A DNA stretch of 64,000 nucleotides from the IMG/VR virus record IMGVR_UViG_3300011008_000010, positions 32,001 through 96,000 of that record; one strand, written 5' to 3'. Within the stretch, counting starts at the first letter, position 1, and each line of letters starts with the position of its first letter. Shown in pieces: positions 19,297-29,682 of the stretch. The stretch is from a virus (lineage: Duplodnaviria > Caudoviricetes). The translations under genes were made by a program, and so were the position numbers. The notes beneath the pieces are model-generated. The model ran no database searches and was not told the origin of the DNA. It saw nothing but the letters and a program-made list of their open reading frames with translations.

Positions 19297-21024
19297 ATGA
19301 CTAAGATTTTAACAATGGATGCGCTGTGTGAATACTTCGAAAAAAAAGGTAAAGATATTCACTTTAATGCAGAAAGCGCACAAAAAGAGCTTGTTGTTCG
19401 AACAGACGGAAGAATGAAGTTCGAAGAATTAAACGACGAAGAGTTGTTAAAAGTTGTTTTACAATCGTGTCATGTTGGAAAAAATTTGAACGGTTCGTCT
19501 ATCACTTACGAGGCAATGCAAGACGCATTGCCTTCGTTTTATTCAAGACCGATTCTTGGGTATATACATGAAGTTGACGGACAGTACGAATTCAAGAGTC
19601 ATGAAATGTACCAGGACAAAAACGGAGAGATCGTTTATGAAGAAATCCCGGTTGGTGTAATTACTTCGAAAGAAGGCATGATTGAACACGATTACGAAAA
19701 GAATAAAGATTATGCTGTTGTCTCTGGTGTTATTTGGGAGAAATATACAAAAGCGGCAGAAATATTAAAGAGAGATAAGAAGGCGGCTTGTTCTGTAGAA
19801 CTAAAGCTGAACGATCTTTCTTATGATGCGAACGAAAAAACTCTTATTATTAACTCGTTCATTTTTACCGGGGTTACAATTCTTGGTAAAGATGAGTATG
19901 GTAAAGATGTCGAGCCTGGAATGGATGGTGCAAACATTTTTATTGAAGAACAGTTTGCTGTCTCTGATGGTGAGAGCGTACCCACAGAGTTAAGCGATAA
20001 TAAAAATCCGGAAGAAAGGAGGATAACCGAAATGGCGAAGGATTTACCGAAAGGCGCTGAAGAGGCTATGCCGGAGGAAATTGACCAGATGACCAAGTTT
20101 GATGGTGAAGATGGTGCCTCTGATGCTTCCGGCGATGGAGCAGATAGTGGTGCTTCTGATGGGAATAATAACGGCAATGAAGGCGCAGGAGAAGATCAGC
20201 CTGATATGAGCAATCAGGACGATCAAGATGGTGACGGCACTGGAGAGTCTAACGTGTCTGGAGCTGACAGTGAACCTGTCGCAGAAGAACCAGAAGAACC
20301 AGTTGTTGACAATGCCAATGGTGAAGATGGTACTGGCGATGCGTCTGAACCTGTAGCAGAAACATCTGCTGAAGAGTCTCCTTCTGATGGAGCGGACTCT
20401 GGCGATGATGGAGAAAAGAAAAGAAAAATCTTTTCTGTCCAGATTGAAGACAGAACATTTGAACTGTCTTTAACGCAAAAGGCTTGGGCTATTGAAGACC
20501 TTGTGAATGCGACTTATGGCTACGAAGATAACGATTATTATATGTGTGAAGTGTATGAAAGCCATGTTATTATGAAGCCTTGGTGCGGTTCTCAATGTTA
20601 TAAACAGGGTTATGCCGAAACTGAAGAAGGCGTGTTCTCGCTGACAGGCGAACGCGAAAAGGTGTTCGCGGAATATTTAACCGAGGCAGAACGTGATGCG
20701 CTTAATATGATGCGCTCTACATATGCCGAATTGAAACAGTACAAAGAACAGGCCGAGATTCAGAAAATCGAATCTGAAAAAGATGCAGTATTTGCGTCGT
20801 TCGATGAACAACTGAAGGACAATCTGGAGTATGTTGCTCTTAAAGGAGACAGAAATAAATACTCTGCTTCTGAATTAGAGCTTCAGTGTAATGCAATTGT
20901 CGGAAAAGAGACAATGCAATATGCCGTTAAGAAAGAAGAATCTCAGAAAGATATGATTAGAGTGAGTTTTGCTTCTGATAAAGCAAAAGAGAAAGCGAAA
21001 CCTTACGGTTCCTTGTTTGACTAA
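19297..21024 (+). CDS. prohead protease fused to scaffold domain
   Basis: CHVGKNLNGS, RPILG, CSVEL and FTGVTILG...PGM in the N-terminal domain; acidic linker; coiled-coil C-terminus; lies between portal and capsid. Confidence 0.8.
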   Translation: MTKILTMDALCEYFEKKGKDIHFNAESAQKELVVRTDGRMKFEELNDEELLKVVLQSCHVGKNLNGSSITYEAMQDALPSFYSRPILGYIHEVDGQYEFKSHEMYQDKNGEIVYEEIPVGVITSKEGMIEHDYEKNKDYAVVSGVIWEKYTKAAEILKRDKKAACSVELKLNDLSYDANEKTLIINSFIFTGVTILGKDEYGKDVEPGMDGANIFIEEQFAVSDGESVPTELSDNKNPEERRITEMAKDLPKGAEEAMPEEIDQMTKFDGEDGASDASGDGADSGASDGNNNGNEGAGEDQPDMSNQDDQDGDGTGESNVSGADSEPVAEEPEEPVVDNANGEDGTGDASEPVAETSAEESPSDGADSGDDGEKKRKIFSVQIEDRTFELSLTQKAWAIEDLVNATYGYEDNDYYMCEVYESHVIMKPWCGSQCYKQGYAETEEGVFSLTGEREKVFAEYLTEAERDALNMMRSTYAELKQYKEQAEIQKIESEKDAVFASFDEQLKDNLEYVALKGDRNKYSASELELQCNAIVGKETMQYAVKKEESQKDMIRVSFASDKAKEKAKPYGSLFD

Positions 21025-21130
21025 TGCGGGTTGGTCAACAAGAAATCTTTATGCATGCAATCAAAATCGATATTCATAAACAAAACAAAGCTGCTTCATG
21101 GCAGCATTATTTATTTAAAGGAGAAAAGAG

Positions 21131-21619
21131 ATGGCAGTAGGATATCTTGATTTCTCTAAACACCATACTGTGGCATGGTCTAGTGATCTGCTTGGTACGG
21201 AGTACGGAGAACACATTTTTAATGTACAGATGGCCGAAGACCATGACAACGGCGTTGTTTTGGGTCTTGGTGATTTTGTCGAATATAACTATTTTGCGGA
21301 ATCAAAGGCCACTGGATTTGAAGGCGTTATTTTAATGCAGGAAGCTGCCCCGGATATGTGGCAGGTTTTTGTGAAGAAAGCCGCTGATGGCGACGTTCTG
21401 ATTTTAAGTGCGCCGGAAACGAAATATGAGTTCGAGTCTGAGGCTATGGCGGAACGTCAGTTCTATAACGAAGAAGGCTATATTGCAAGAGCATATCAGC
21501 TTCGTTATGGTGACAGATTCTCTCTGTCCAAAGAAGGTTTTACAACCGAGCCTGACGAGAATTCCATTGGCAAAACTGTAACTGTTGACCCGGCCACTGG
21601 CAAGCTGGTCATTGCTTAA
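21131..21619 (+). CDS. capsid decoration/auxiliary head protein
   Basis: DNG and FYNEEG..ARAYQL..GDRFSLS motifs; directly upstream of the capsid gene. Confidence 0.6.
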   Translation: MAVGYLDFSKHHTVAWSSDLLGTEYGEHIFNVQMAEDHDNGVVLGLGDFVEYNYFAESKATGFEGVILMQEAAPDMWQVFVKKAADGDVLILSAPETKYEFESEAMAERQFYNEEGYIARAYQLRYGDRFSLSKEGFTTEPDENSIGKTVTVDPATGKLVIA

Positions 21620-21638
21620 TCGGAAAGGAGGATAAGTC

Positions 21639-22730
21639 ATGTTTTTAACGGATAATAAATCTCATATCAATGCCGTATTTGCAGAAAGCAAGACGACTAT
21701 TGAAGAATTTCAGACGCTCCTTACCGATGTTGCGAAAGGTGATTTGCAGGCGGGCGTTACGAAAAAAGAAGCAGATGATAAGATCTGCATGATGTTTAAC
21801 AAACTGTATGGCTTTGATAAAAAGCCTACTATTTTAGAGGCTGAGAAGGCTTTGCGTATTAATCCGTATATTGCCTTTGAAGTTATCGAAGATGTTGTTC
21901 CGAATCTGATTCAGTCTGGTTGGGATGCAAACCCGTTCTTCCGCGAATATGTCGATGTTCGTAATCTTGCTCGCGGGGACGAGAATGTTTTTTATACGGA
22001 GCAGAACGTCATTTTGAATGTTGCCAGATTAAATGGCGATCATTGGGATATGCCGAGACAGCGCCTTGGGGCCAAAGAGCGTTATCAGGTTAAGACACAG
22101 GAATATGGAGCGGCGGTCTATGCGGAATTTGCACGTCTGATGGCTGGTTATGAAAACTGGTCTGATTTGGTTGGTACTATTGCGAAGGCTTTTACCGAGA
22201 AGATTAATAATGAGTTGTATGCTGCGTTTACCGCTGCCGCTTCTCAGCTTCCGACGCAGTTCCAGGCCACTATTGACACGAGCACTGCCGAGGCAGGTCG
22301 CGAAGCCTTAATGGATCTGATTGCTGATGTTGAACGTTCAACGGGATACGAGCCCATGATTGTTGGTACTCGTTCTGGCCTTGCAAAGCTTCGTAAGTTG
22401 GATGAGATTAACTGGATTTCCAACGGTATGAAAGAAGAGTTGTATCAGACTGGCCGCCTTGGAAACTGGTACGGCGTCGATCTTATTGAACTGAAACAGG
22501 TCAATAAAATCAATACGACAACGAAGATGCTTGATGATACCAAGCTGCTTGTCCTTCCTCGTTCTTCTGAGAACAAGTTCATCAAATTGGTGAACGAAGG
22601 CACTGCTTTGGTTCGTCAGATTGCGGATAATACATCTAATCAGGATATGACGTATGATTATCGCTACATTCAGAGATTTGGTATTATGGTTGTTATCGGT
22701 CTTCTGTTTGGCGCTGTTACACTGGAGTAA
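21639..22730 (+). CDS. major capsid protein
   Basis: 363 aa; position; NPFFREYVDVRNLARGDENVF and RQRL motifs. Confidence 0.85.
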   Translation: MFLTDNKSHINAVFAESKTTIEEFQTLLTDVAKGDLQAGVTKKEADDKICMMFNKLYGFDKKPTILEAEKALRINPYIAFEVIEDVVPNLIQSGWDANPFFREYVDVRNLARGDENVFYTEQNVILNVARLNGDHWDMPRQRLGAKERYQVKTQEYGAAVYAEFARLMAGYENWSDLVGTIAKAFTEKINNELYAAFTAAASQLPTQFQATIDTSTAEAGREALMDLIADVERSTGYEPMIVGTRSGLAKLRKLDEINWISNGMKEELYQTGRLGNWYGVDLIELKQVNKINTTTKMLDDTKLLVLPRSSENKFIKLVNEGTALVRQIADNTSNQDMTYDYRYIQRFGIMVVIGLLFGAVTLE

Positions 22731-22765
22731 TGTGTTTTTTTCATAATGCTACCTCCTTTGTATTA

Positions 22766-22801
22766 CCTCGTACTCTTTCATCGGAGTGCGAGGCTTTCTT
22801 T
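22766..22801 (+). terminator. intrinsic terminator after the capsid gene
   Basis: CCTCGTACTC-loop-GAGTGCGAGG followed by CTTTCTTT. Confidence 0.55.
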
Positions 22802-22830
22802 GTACAGAAGTGCAAAACTTAAAATTACCA

Positions 22831-24430
22831 ACTGAAACTTCCCACACCAAAAGGTGTGTTGCACATTGAAAATTCAATATTTTAGCCGAAAAAGAAAGGC
22901 ATAAACCCGTTTCTTTTGGTATGATTGAATTAGCGAAAAACAAAAATTCCAAAAGGAGGCTTATGCCATGTCAATCATACCACAGAATCAAGACGATTTG
23001 AACCTTGTCAATGCAATTGAATCGTTCATCTCCGAGTTCAGAATCGGCAGGTTGCTCGACCGTTGCAATGCCCGCAAAGAGAAGGGCATACCGGTCATGC
23101 AGGTGTTTCGATACAAGCTCTGCAATGTTTTCAACGGCATGAGCATGTATATGCAGCAACGCACAAATTCGTTCCGCGAGAGTTTTTCAAAAAACACGTA
23201 CTACCGATTCCTAAACGGAACGAAAACAAACTGGCAACGGTTTACAACTTTGCTCTCTGCGGATATCATAAACAAAAAGCTTCGAGACCTCACCGCAGAG
23301 GACAGGGTAAACGCTTTCGTCATTGATGACAGTCTCCATGAGCGTCAGGGCTACAAAAGGACGGAGCTGGCATCATCGGTTTTTGATCACAGCGACATGA
23401 AATACAAAAAAGGCTATCGGCTGATGACGCTTGGGTGGACGGATGGCAACACATTTATGCCAATCAACAGTTGTTTGCTCGCTTCGTCAAAAGACGAAAA
23501 CATTAAGGGCACCACCAAAGTGTTTGATAAGCGTTCCGTTGCCGGTAGGCGCAGGGCACAGGCCAGACGCAAGGGAACGGATGTCATGCTGGAACTTCTC
23601 CGGACAGCGTGTTCTGCCGGACATTCCGCAGAATATGTGCTGTTTGACAGCTGGTTCGCGAATCCACATCAGATTGTCAGCATCAAGGATATGGATCTTG
23701 ATGTTATCGCCATGGTAAAAAAGAGCTCACGAATTCACTATCAGTTTGAAGGAGAGTCTCTCTCCATTAAGCAGATATTCTCTCGCTGTAAGAAGAGACG
23801 CGGTCGTTCCAGATATCTGCTGTCAGTCGATGTTATGGTCGGCAAAAATGACGGTGAAAGCGAGCATCCAATTCCGGCAAAGATTGTATGCGTCCGAAAC
23901 AAGAAGAACCGCAATGACTGGATCGCGTTGATCTGCACGAACACAGATCTTTCCGAAGAGGAGATCATCCGCGTTTATGGAAAGCGCTGGTCGATCGAAG
24001 TGTTCTTCAAAACGTGCAAGTCGCGGTTGAACCTCGTAAAGGAATGTCACTCTTTATCCTATGATGCACTCACGGCCCATGCTGCGATTGTCTTTACCCG
24101 CTACATGATGATTGCTCTTGAACAGCGAAGGAATGAGGATCAGCGGACACTTGGCGAATTGTTCTGTTACTTTGTCGCCGAGTTGTCGGATATTACATTC
24201 AGCAGGTCGCTACAGATCCTGTTTGACGCACTGATGGAAAGCCTTCTGTCAGTACTAAAGCTTACCGAAGAGCAAATATCCGCATTCATGAACGATTTCG
24301 TCGGACGGTTGCCGGATTACATGCAAAAAGCACTTTTACCTGAGCCCTCGGCCGCCTGAATGATAATTGGCACGGCTAAACTATTGATTTTTCAAGGTGC
24401 GTGTCCCATTTACGTATGGGAAGTTTCAGT
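22831..24430 (+). mobile_element. intact DDE insertion sequence (IS4-superfamily-like), 1600 bp
   Basis: terminal IR ACTGAAACTTCCCA/TGGGAAGTTTCAGT, imperfectly extending to about 57 bp; TACCA duplicated at 22826-22830 and 24431-24435; visibly higher GC than the flanks. Confidence 0.92.
22968..24359 (+). CDS. DDE transposase
   Basis: VIDDS, VLFDSWF and YGKRWSIEVFFKTCK catalytic motifs. Confidence 0.93.
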   Translation: MSIIPQNQDDLNLVNAIESFISEFRIGRLLDRCNARKEKGIPVMQVFRYKLCNVFNGMSMYMQQRTNSFRESFSKNTYYRFLNGTKTNWQRFTTLLSADIINKKLRDLTAEDRVNAFVIDDSLHERQGYKRTELASSVFDHSDMKYKKGYRLMTLGWTDGNTFMPINSCLLASSKDENIKGTTKVFDKRSVAGRRRAQARRKGTDVMLELLRTACSAGHSAEYVLFDSWFANPHQIVSIKDMDLDVIAMVKKSSRIHYQFEGESLSIKQIFSRCKKRRGRSRYLLSVDVMVGKNDGESEHPIPAKIVCVRNKKNRNDWIALICTNTDLSEEEIIRVYGKRWSIEVFFKTCKSRLNLVKECHSLSYDALTAHAAIVFTRYMMIALEQRRNEDQRTLGELFCYFVAELSDITFSRSLQILFDALMESLLSVLKLTEEQISAFMNDFVGRLPDYMQKALLPEPSAA

Positions 24431-24463
24431 TACCAAAAATATTACAGAAAGGAGTCCGAGACG

Positions 24464-24835
24464 GTGACACGCGGAGGAGATATTTTCTACACCCTTGTCT
24501 TAAAAAATATTGAACTTGATCAGATTGCAAAGGCAAGAGTTACGATTGAACAGAATCGTGGAAACAGAACTGGTGATGATATTGAAGTCACGAAAAACGG
24601 TGCTGTTACATATGACGAAGATGGTGTTGCCACAGAGGTTGAAGGAAGCGAAGTTCATTTTGATTATGAAAATAATGCTGTTACGTTTTCTTTGGAGCAG
24701 ATTGAAACGTACGCTTTTGATTCCGGAACCGCTGAAGTGCAGCTAAAGCTAACGACGATTTATGGAAACGTGATACCCACGCTGATCAATACAATACGCG
24801 TGAATCCTGTGCTGAATACGGAAGTTTTGAGGTGA
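24464..24835 (+). CDS. putative virion accessory protein
   Basis: GTG after GAAAGGAG; the track start 24401 lies inside the IS end. Confidence 0.65.
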   Translation: MTRGGDIFYTLVLKNIELDQIAKARVTIEQNRGNRTGDDIEVTKNGAVTYDEDGVATEVEGSEVHFDYENNAVTFSLEQIETYAFDSGTAEVQLKLTTIYGNVIPTLINTIRVNPVLNTEVLR

Positions 24836-24841
24836 TGTGTT

Positions 24842-25429
24842 ATGCCTAAACAATCAGGAGCGGAAACGCTCGCAATGAAAAACAAAATATATATGACAGT
24901 GCAGGAATCTGTGATTGGCGCAGGCACGGGGAATTATAATAAATTGCAGAATATTCCTATCGTCAATCTTTTCGGAGAATCTCCATTAAATGCTGTTGAT
25001 CTCTCTGGGTTAAATCCTGGACATTTTATTTTAAACGGATACTACAAAACATCAAGTGTAGGGGAAGTAGAGCACAGAGAAGACCCCATTGATCTTTATT
25101 CTTTGCAAGAGGAATTGGGCGATGGCGGTCAGACCGTAACAAAAAAGGTTTTGTACTATATATATGCCAAGAATGGGCATCTTTACATCAGAATGATGGT
25201 TTATGTTGGTTCTGTATTGGAGACAGATATTGATGTTTGTCTTACAAAACCTTTGATTTATTGGGAAGAGGAAGAAGATGAAGACGAGAGTGTTGTAATT
25301 CCGACTCCCACTCCAGTGGATCCTGTCAATCCAAGCGATCCTTCTGACCCGAATGATCCAAATGATCCTGTTGATCCAAATAATACTGATCCAAATCAGG
25401 ATCCGAACCAGAATGGGGAAGGAGAATAA
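24842..25429 (+). CDS. putative structural protein with Pro/Asp/Asn-rich repetitive tail
   Basis: NYNKLQNIP motif; (DPN/DPS)n C-terminus. Confidence 0.7.
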   Translation: MPKQSGAETLAMKNKIYMTVQESVIGAGTGNYNKLQNIPIVNLFGESPLNAVDLSGLNPGHFILNGYYKTSSVGEVEHREDPIDLYSLQEELGDGGQTVTKKVLYYIYAKNGHLYIRMMVYVGSVLETDIDVCLTKPLIYWEEEEDEDESVVIPTPTPVDPVNPSDPSDPNDPNDPVDPNNTDPNQDPNQNGEGE

Positions 25430-25431
25430 TT

Positions 25432-26016
25432 ATGGCAATAGCAATTAGATTTAAAAAGGTAAACGCTTTGCCAAGTTCTCCTGTTGACACCTCGTTTTAT
25501 TTTGTAAATGATAAGGATTTATATCTTGGCAACAGAAAATTAAATAACGAAGATGATTTGTCTGCGCTTGTGGCGAGAGTCGAAACGATTGAAGGTATTA
25601 TACCCGGTATCGCAACAGAAGCGTCTGACATTATTGTTAATGACAAAGACGGATTAATTGACGCCAATAACGTCGAAGACGCACTTGCAGAACTTGCAAG
25701 AAAAATTGGAGCTGCTGGCGGTGCGTTTGAAGATTTTTCTTTGTTGAGAATCACTCCTGATGATTGGACCGGTTATGTCCGAGAAGGTGGACGTTATTGG
25801 AATACTGCGACATTTAATGTAACGGAAGTCAATGGCAATATTATCCATGCAATACCATGTGGTGGAACATTGGATGTTATGCCTACATTAGAGGAAGAAC
25901 AGCTTGTTTATGGGATGAAGGCATATATCGACCTTGATGATAACAAGGCAACTTTTTATTCTCCTGTTATTCCGGAAATAAGCGTTGTGTTGGCGATTTC
26001 TCAAGTCGCATTTTGA
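25432..26016 (+). CDS. putative head-fibre/structural protein
   Basis: ASDI...NVEDALAELA motif typical of fibre proteins. Confidence 0.6.
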   Translation: MAIAIRFKKVNALPSSPVDTSFYFVNDKDLYLGNRKLNNEDDLSALVARVETIEGIIPGIATEASDIIVNDKDGLIDANNVEDALAELARKIGAAGGAFEDFSLLRITPDDWTGYVREGGRYWNTATFNVTEVNGNIIHAIPCGGTLDVMPTLEEEQLVYGMKAYIDLDDNKATFYSPVIPEISVVLAISQVAF

Positions 26017-26046
26017 TAAAAAGGGATTAAACGGAGGAATGTTAAT

Positions 26047-26409
26047 ATGAGGCTTCTTGAATTTTCTGAGGAAGAAAAGAAAGAGCGCAAGATCAGGATT
26101 CGTATAGCTATTGAGGATAAATACAATACGCTAAAGCATTATAAAAAAAAGACCGGCATGACTTCTTTACAAGGTTTAGATAGTATGATTAACAGCAAGA
26201 CTGTTCAGACGTATTTGAGGCTTTGCAGGGATCTGAGATTGGATCCGTATGATCTTATTTCAATCGATTCTTTTTATGAAAACAGAAAAGAAAACCTTCT
26301 TGAAAATAGACTTCTTTCGTTTTACTGCATGTTAAATCGTGATGGCCGTGAGCGTTTTCTGGATTTATTTGAAGACGTTATCAGCATAGAGAAATACAGG
26401 CGAGTTTAA
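26047..26409 (+). CDS. degenerate XRE-like HTH protein
   Basis: KKTGMT...LRLCRDLRLDPYDLI...ENRLLSFYCMLNRDGR resembles XRE repressors. Confidence 0.45.
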   Translation: MRLLEFSEEEKKERKIRIRIAIEDKYNTLKHYKKKTGMTSLQGLDSMINSKTVQTYLRLCRDLRLDPYDLISIDSFYENRKENLLENRLLSFYCMLNRDGRERFLDLFEDVISIEKYRRV

Positions 26410-26437
26410 AAAGGACAATAAAGAAAGGAAGGAACAA

Positions 26438-27037
26438 ATGGCTTACAGAAAGAGAACAGCGCCGGAAACAGAAATGGAACAGATTGACGGAGACGATTTT
26501 TTACAGAAGGAGGAGCCTGAAATTCAGGTGGTTGAAAAACAGGTACAGAAAGAAAAACCTGTTGTAAAACAATATGCTCCTACAGATTTAATTCCGTGTA
26601 GATCTGTTGTACAAGGAGCGCTGCTCTTCAAGGGAACAAAAACAAATACATCTTACAAATGGGAGGCTGCTAATGATGTAGTTGAAGTAGAATATCAAGA
26701 TCTTCGATCTGCAAAGGCATCAAGGCACGCGTTTTTAATGAGAGGGTATTTTATTATTGAAGACCCAGAGTTACTTGCATTACCGGAATGGGAAGATGTT
26801 AGGAAGAAATATGGAGAAATGTATTCCAGAAAAGATTTGACGTCTATCTTCAAACTGGATGTCGCGGATATGATCAAAGCAATTAATAGTTTGCCTGATG
26901 GCGTAAGAGCCCAGATGGGTAATATTGCAAAAGGTTTAATGGAAGCCGGGTCTCTGGATTCTATTAAAAAGATCACGGCGATTGATACCCTTCTTGGCAC
27001 AGATCTCATGTTATTTGTAGGTGGCGGAGAAAAATAA
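26438..27037 (+). CDS. hypothetical protein of the head-tail module
   Basis: strong RBS; GSLDSIKKITAI...LGTDL C-terminus. Confidence 0.7.
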   Translation: MAYRKRTAPETEMEQIDGDDFLQKEEPEIQVVEKQVQKEKPVVKQYAPTDLIPCRSVVQGALLFKGTKTNTSYKWEAANDVVEVEYQDLRSAKASRHAFLMRGYFIIEDPELLALPEWEDVRKKYGEMYSRKDLTSIFKLDVADMIKAINSLPDGVRAQMGNIAKGLMEAGSLDSIKKITAIDTLLGTDLMLFVGGGEK

Positions 27038-27042
27038 TACGG

Positions 27043-27528
27043 GTGATCTATATGGGAACCGCTTTTACTGAAATATACGCAAGATTCTCTAACAAGGTTA
27101 CTGATTATATCTTGCTTGAATTGTCGGATCAGGATGCTGTGGATATAATGCATGGCTATCTGCTGAGCGCCATTTCGAAACTACGAGAGCTTCGGAATGG
27201 CGCTTTTGACTATACCGAAAATGAAGAAGAAATTGATGATGATGAAGAAGTGTATTTAATTGGGCCTCATTTTATCAATAATCTTATAGAAACGGAAAAA
27301 GAGCTTCTTGCTCTTGGTATGGTTGAAGAATGGATGGAGCCCCAGATTAATAGTGTGTTAAACACAAGACAGTTTATTTCTTCAAAAGAAACAAACTTTT
27401 TTGCCCAACACAATCATTTTAACGGGCTTCTTCATCTCCAAACGGAAACAAAACATGAAAAAGATTATTTATTGACGCAGTATAAAACGCTGCACAATGA
27501 CTATCTCGGAACTACTGAGTTGGTGTAA
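27043..27528 (+). CDS. putative head-tail adaptor
   Basis: TAFTEIYARF..KVTDY N-terminus; size and position. Confidence 0.6.
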   Translation: MIYMGTAFTEIYARFSNKVTDYILLELSDQDAVDIMHGYLLSAISKLRELRNGAFDYTENEEEIDDDEEVYLIGPHFINNLIETEKELLALGMVEEWMEPQINSVLNTRQFISSKETNFFAQHNHFNGLLHLQTETKHEKDYLLTQYKTLHNDYLGTTELV

Positions 27529-27540
27529 AAGGATATTTAT

Positions 27541-27846
27541 ATGGAAACAAAATACTGTACGCTTTCCGAAGATCAGAGGGCCGGTACAATCAAAAGTTTA
27601 CACAGTAGCATTTACTGGTGTCTTTTATACAAGGAACGTAATGATGAATGTCTCGAAAAGTATTTCGAATTCCTGATGTTTAAAATTGGTGGAATTAATA
27701 GTCTGCTTGGTTATCCTGCCAAGATGGTTGAACTTCTTACTCTTTTAGAAGCCGCAAGGCTCGAACTTCAGAAGGGTGAGAACTTTAACTCTAAGCTTTA
27801 TAGAAAAGCAATCCTTGATGCGGAAACTGTGGTAGATAAATTGTAA
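27541..27846 (+). CDS. hypothetical protein
   Basis: ORF with RBS in the neck module. Confidence 0.7.
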   Translation: METKYCTLSEDQRAGTIKSLHSSIYWCLLYKERNDECLEKYFEFLMFKIGGINSLLGYPAKMVELLTLLEAARLELQKGENFNSKLYRKAILDAETVVDKL

Positions 27847-27861
27847 AAGAGGTGCAGCCGC

Positions 27862-29043
27862 ATGACTAAGAATTACTGGGATTTATATAAGACCCGTTTA
27901 AATCAGAATTACGGAAAGATAATTCCCGAAAGAATCAGAGAAGCGGCTGACATGGTGCAATTAAACGGATGGTATAACGATCCGCAGGTTATCATAGGAG
28001 CCGTGTTATATCGTCACTCAGAAAACGGACATGGCTCTAAATACGATATTGTTGCTGTTGAAGATGTCAAGTTCATTCGCAAAGAAGAACAGGCATTTGC
28101 GTCGCAGGCAGTAGAATTTTTTGTGCAATTCAAACCCGGCGTCGAATATGAGTTGGGTACATATATTGATATTCCAAATCATAGAGGAGAATTGCAAAGA
28201 TGGCTCATCGTCGATAAGTCAGAAGAATTGCAGTTTATCAGATTTAATATTTTAAGATGTAATTACGTTGTTAAATGGGTTAAAGATAATTATATCTGGG
28301 AATGTTTGTCTGTAGTTCGAAATGTTAATTCTTATAGTACTGGCATTTACAGAGGACAGACAATTCTTACAACAAATAATATGACGAAACTTATCATGCC
28401 AAGTGATTATGTTAGCAACGCGTTGTATTATGATATGCGAATTGTCGTATCATCCGAAGACAGAGAAATTCCATTTGTATGGAAAACGTCTAAGATTGAA
28501 GAACTTACTCCTGCTGGCATCAGCGCGTTTACAATGATTCAGGATGTTTATAATGAGCATACTGATTACAACGAAAAACATGGTGTAATTGCGGACATTA
28601 ATAAAGAGGTCATTTTCGAAGAGCCTGTTAGCAATGATATCAGACGTGGTACTGTTGATCTTTATATTTTGAAAAGAATCGGTTCTGCAAAAGAATATGT
28701 CAAGGTTTATGACAACGTTGTTAAAATTGGACAAAGAGTAAAGTTTGTTGCCACATTTTACAATTATATGGACGATCCTATTGACATACCTGCTTCATGG
28801 AAAATAGAAGGTCTTGAGATTTATAAGCAAGATGCAAGAGGAAACATTGTGGAAGATGTTTTCGGAGAACCCGTTGTTATCGGACAAAGTTATTCGGAGT
28901 ACGCTTTGGATGATAACGACAGAGAACTCAGCTTAAGGATTAATAAAGATTACTATATTGGCGGAACAAGATTCGTTGTGACAATGCAAGATACGGCTGG
29001 TGATTATGAGCCGGTTGAAATGGAAATTATAGTGGAGGCTTAA
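27862..29043 (+). CDS. putative head closure/neck protein
   Basis: WLIV...ILRCNY.VKW motif; position. Confidence 0.6.
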   Translation: MTKNYWDLYKTRLNQNYGKIIPERIREAADMVQLNGWYNDPQVIIGAVLYRHSENGHGSKYDIVAVEDVKFIRKEEQAFASQAVEFFVQFKPGVEYELGTYIDIPNHRGELQRWLIVDKSEELQFIRFNILRCNYVVKWVKDNYIWECLSVVRNVNSYSTGIYRGQTILTTNNMTKLIMPSDYVSNALYYDMRIVVSSEDREIPFVWKTSKIEELTPAGISAFTMIQDVYNEHTDYNEKHGVIADINKEVIFEEPVSNDIRRGTVDLYILKRIGSAKEYVKVYDNVVKIGQRVKFVATFYNYMDDPIDIPASWKIEGLEIYKQDARGNIVEDVFGEPVVIGQSYSEYALDDNDRELSLRINKDYYIGGTRFVVTMQDTAGDYEPVEMEIIVEA

Positions 29044-29048
29044 CGGTC

Positions 29049-29675
29049 GTGTCGAATTTAATTGCATCGAATACATTTTTAAGAGATTTCGAAAAAGATC
29101 CCATTATCACCCTGAAACGTAAAATAGATGAAATCCTTAGAGCAGACGACGATATTATTAAATTGTTAAAAGATAGGGATGGGGAAACACCGTTATATCA
29201 AGGTGATGAACTTTTTGAATATGACGGTATTTATCCTTTTGTATTTGTTCCGGAAGTACAAGCCCAGGACAAATGTTATATCTGTTATAAGGTAGATTAT
29301 GATGTCGTAGAAACTTCAAAAGCTCTTTCTACAATTACTCATATTATCACATTTGTTACGTTTTGTTCTGTTCAAAAGCAGGACACGGGTATGCATTGTA
29401 ATCGTGTTGATGCGATTGCTTTTTGTATAATGGATCTTTTCCAAAATAATAATCCACATGGATTTTCATGGACATTAATGGAGAACGAGGAGACGATACT
29501 GACAACCGGATATGTTGCCAGAACTTTGCAGTTCAGGTACAAGAATCCGAATCGCGTTCCAAAGACAACGTTTAAAGATAAAGGCGGTTATCTTGCTAAA
29601 ATCGAACATGATGTCAATGATGCGATGTTTACAAACAGGAATGGAGCCGTAGTTTATACGGATCCTGAAGAGTAA
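29049..29675 (+). CDS. putative tail completion/terminator protein
   Basis: position upstream of the tail tube; YPFVFVPEVQ and RVDAIA. Confidence 0.5.
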   Translation: MSNLIASNTFLRDFEKDPIITLKRKIDEILRADDDIIKLLKDRDGETPLYQGDELFEYDGIYPFVFVPEVQAQDKCYICYKVDYDVVETSKALSTITHIITFVTFCSVQKQDTGMHCNRVDAIAFCIMDLFQNNNPHGFSWTLMENEETILTTGYVARTLQFRYKNPNRVPKTTFKDKGGYLAKIEHDVNDAMFTNRNGAVVYTDPEE

Positions 29676-29682
29676 TGAGATT

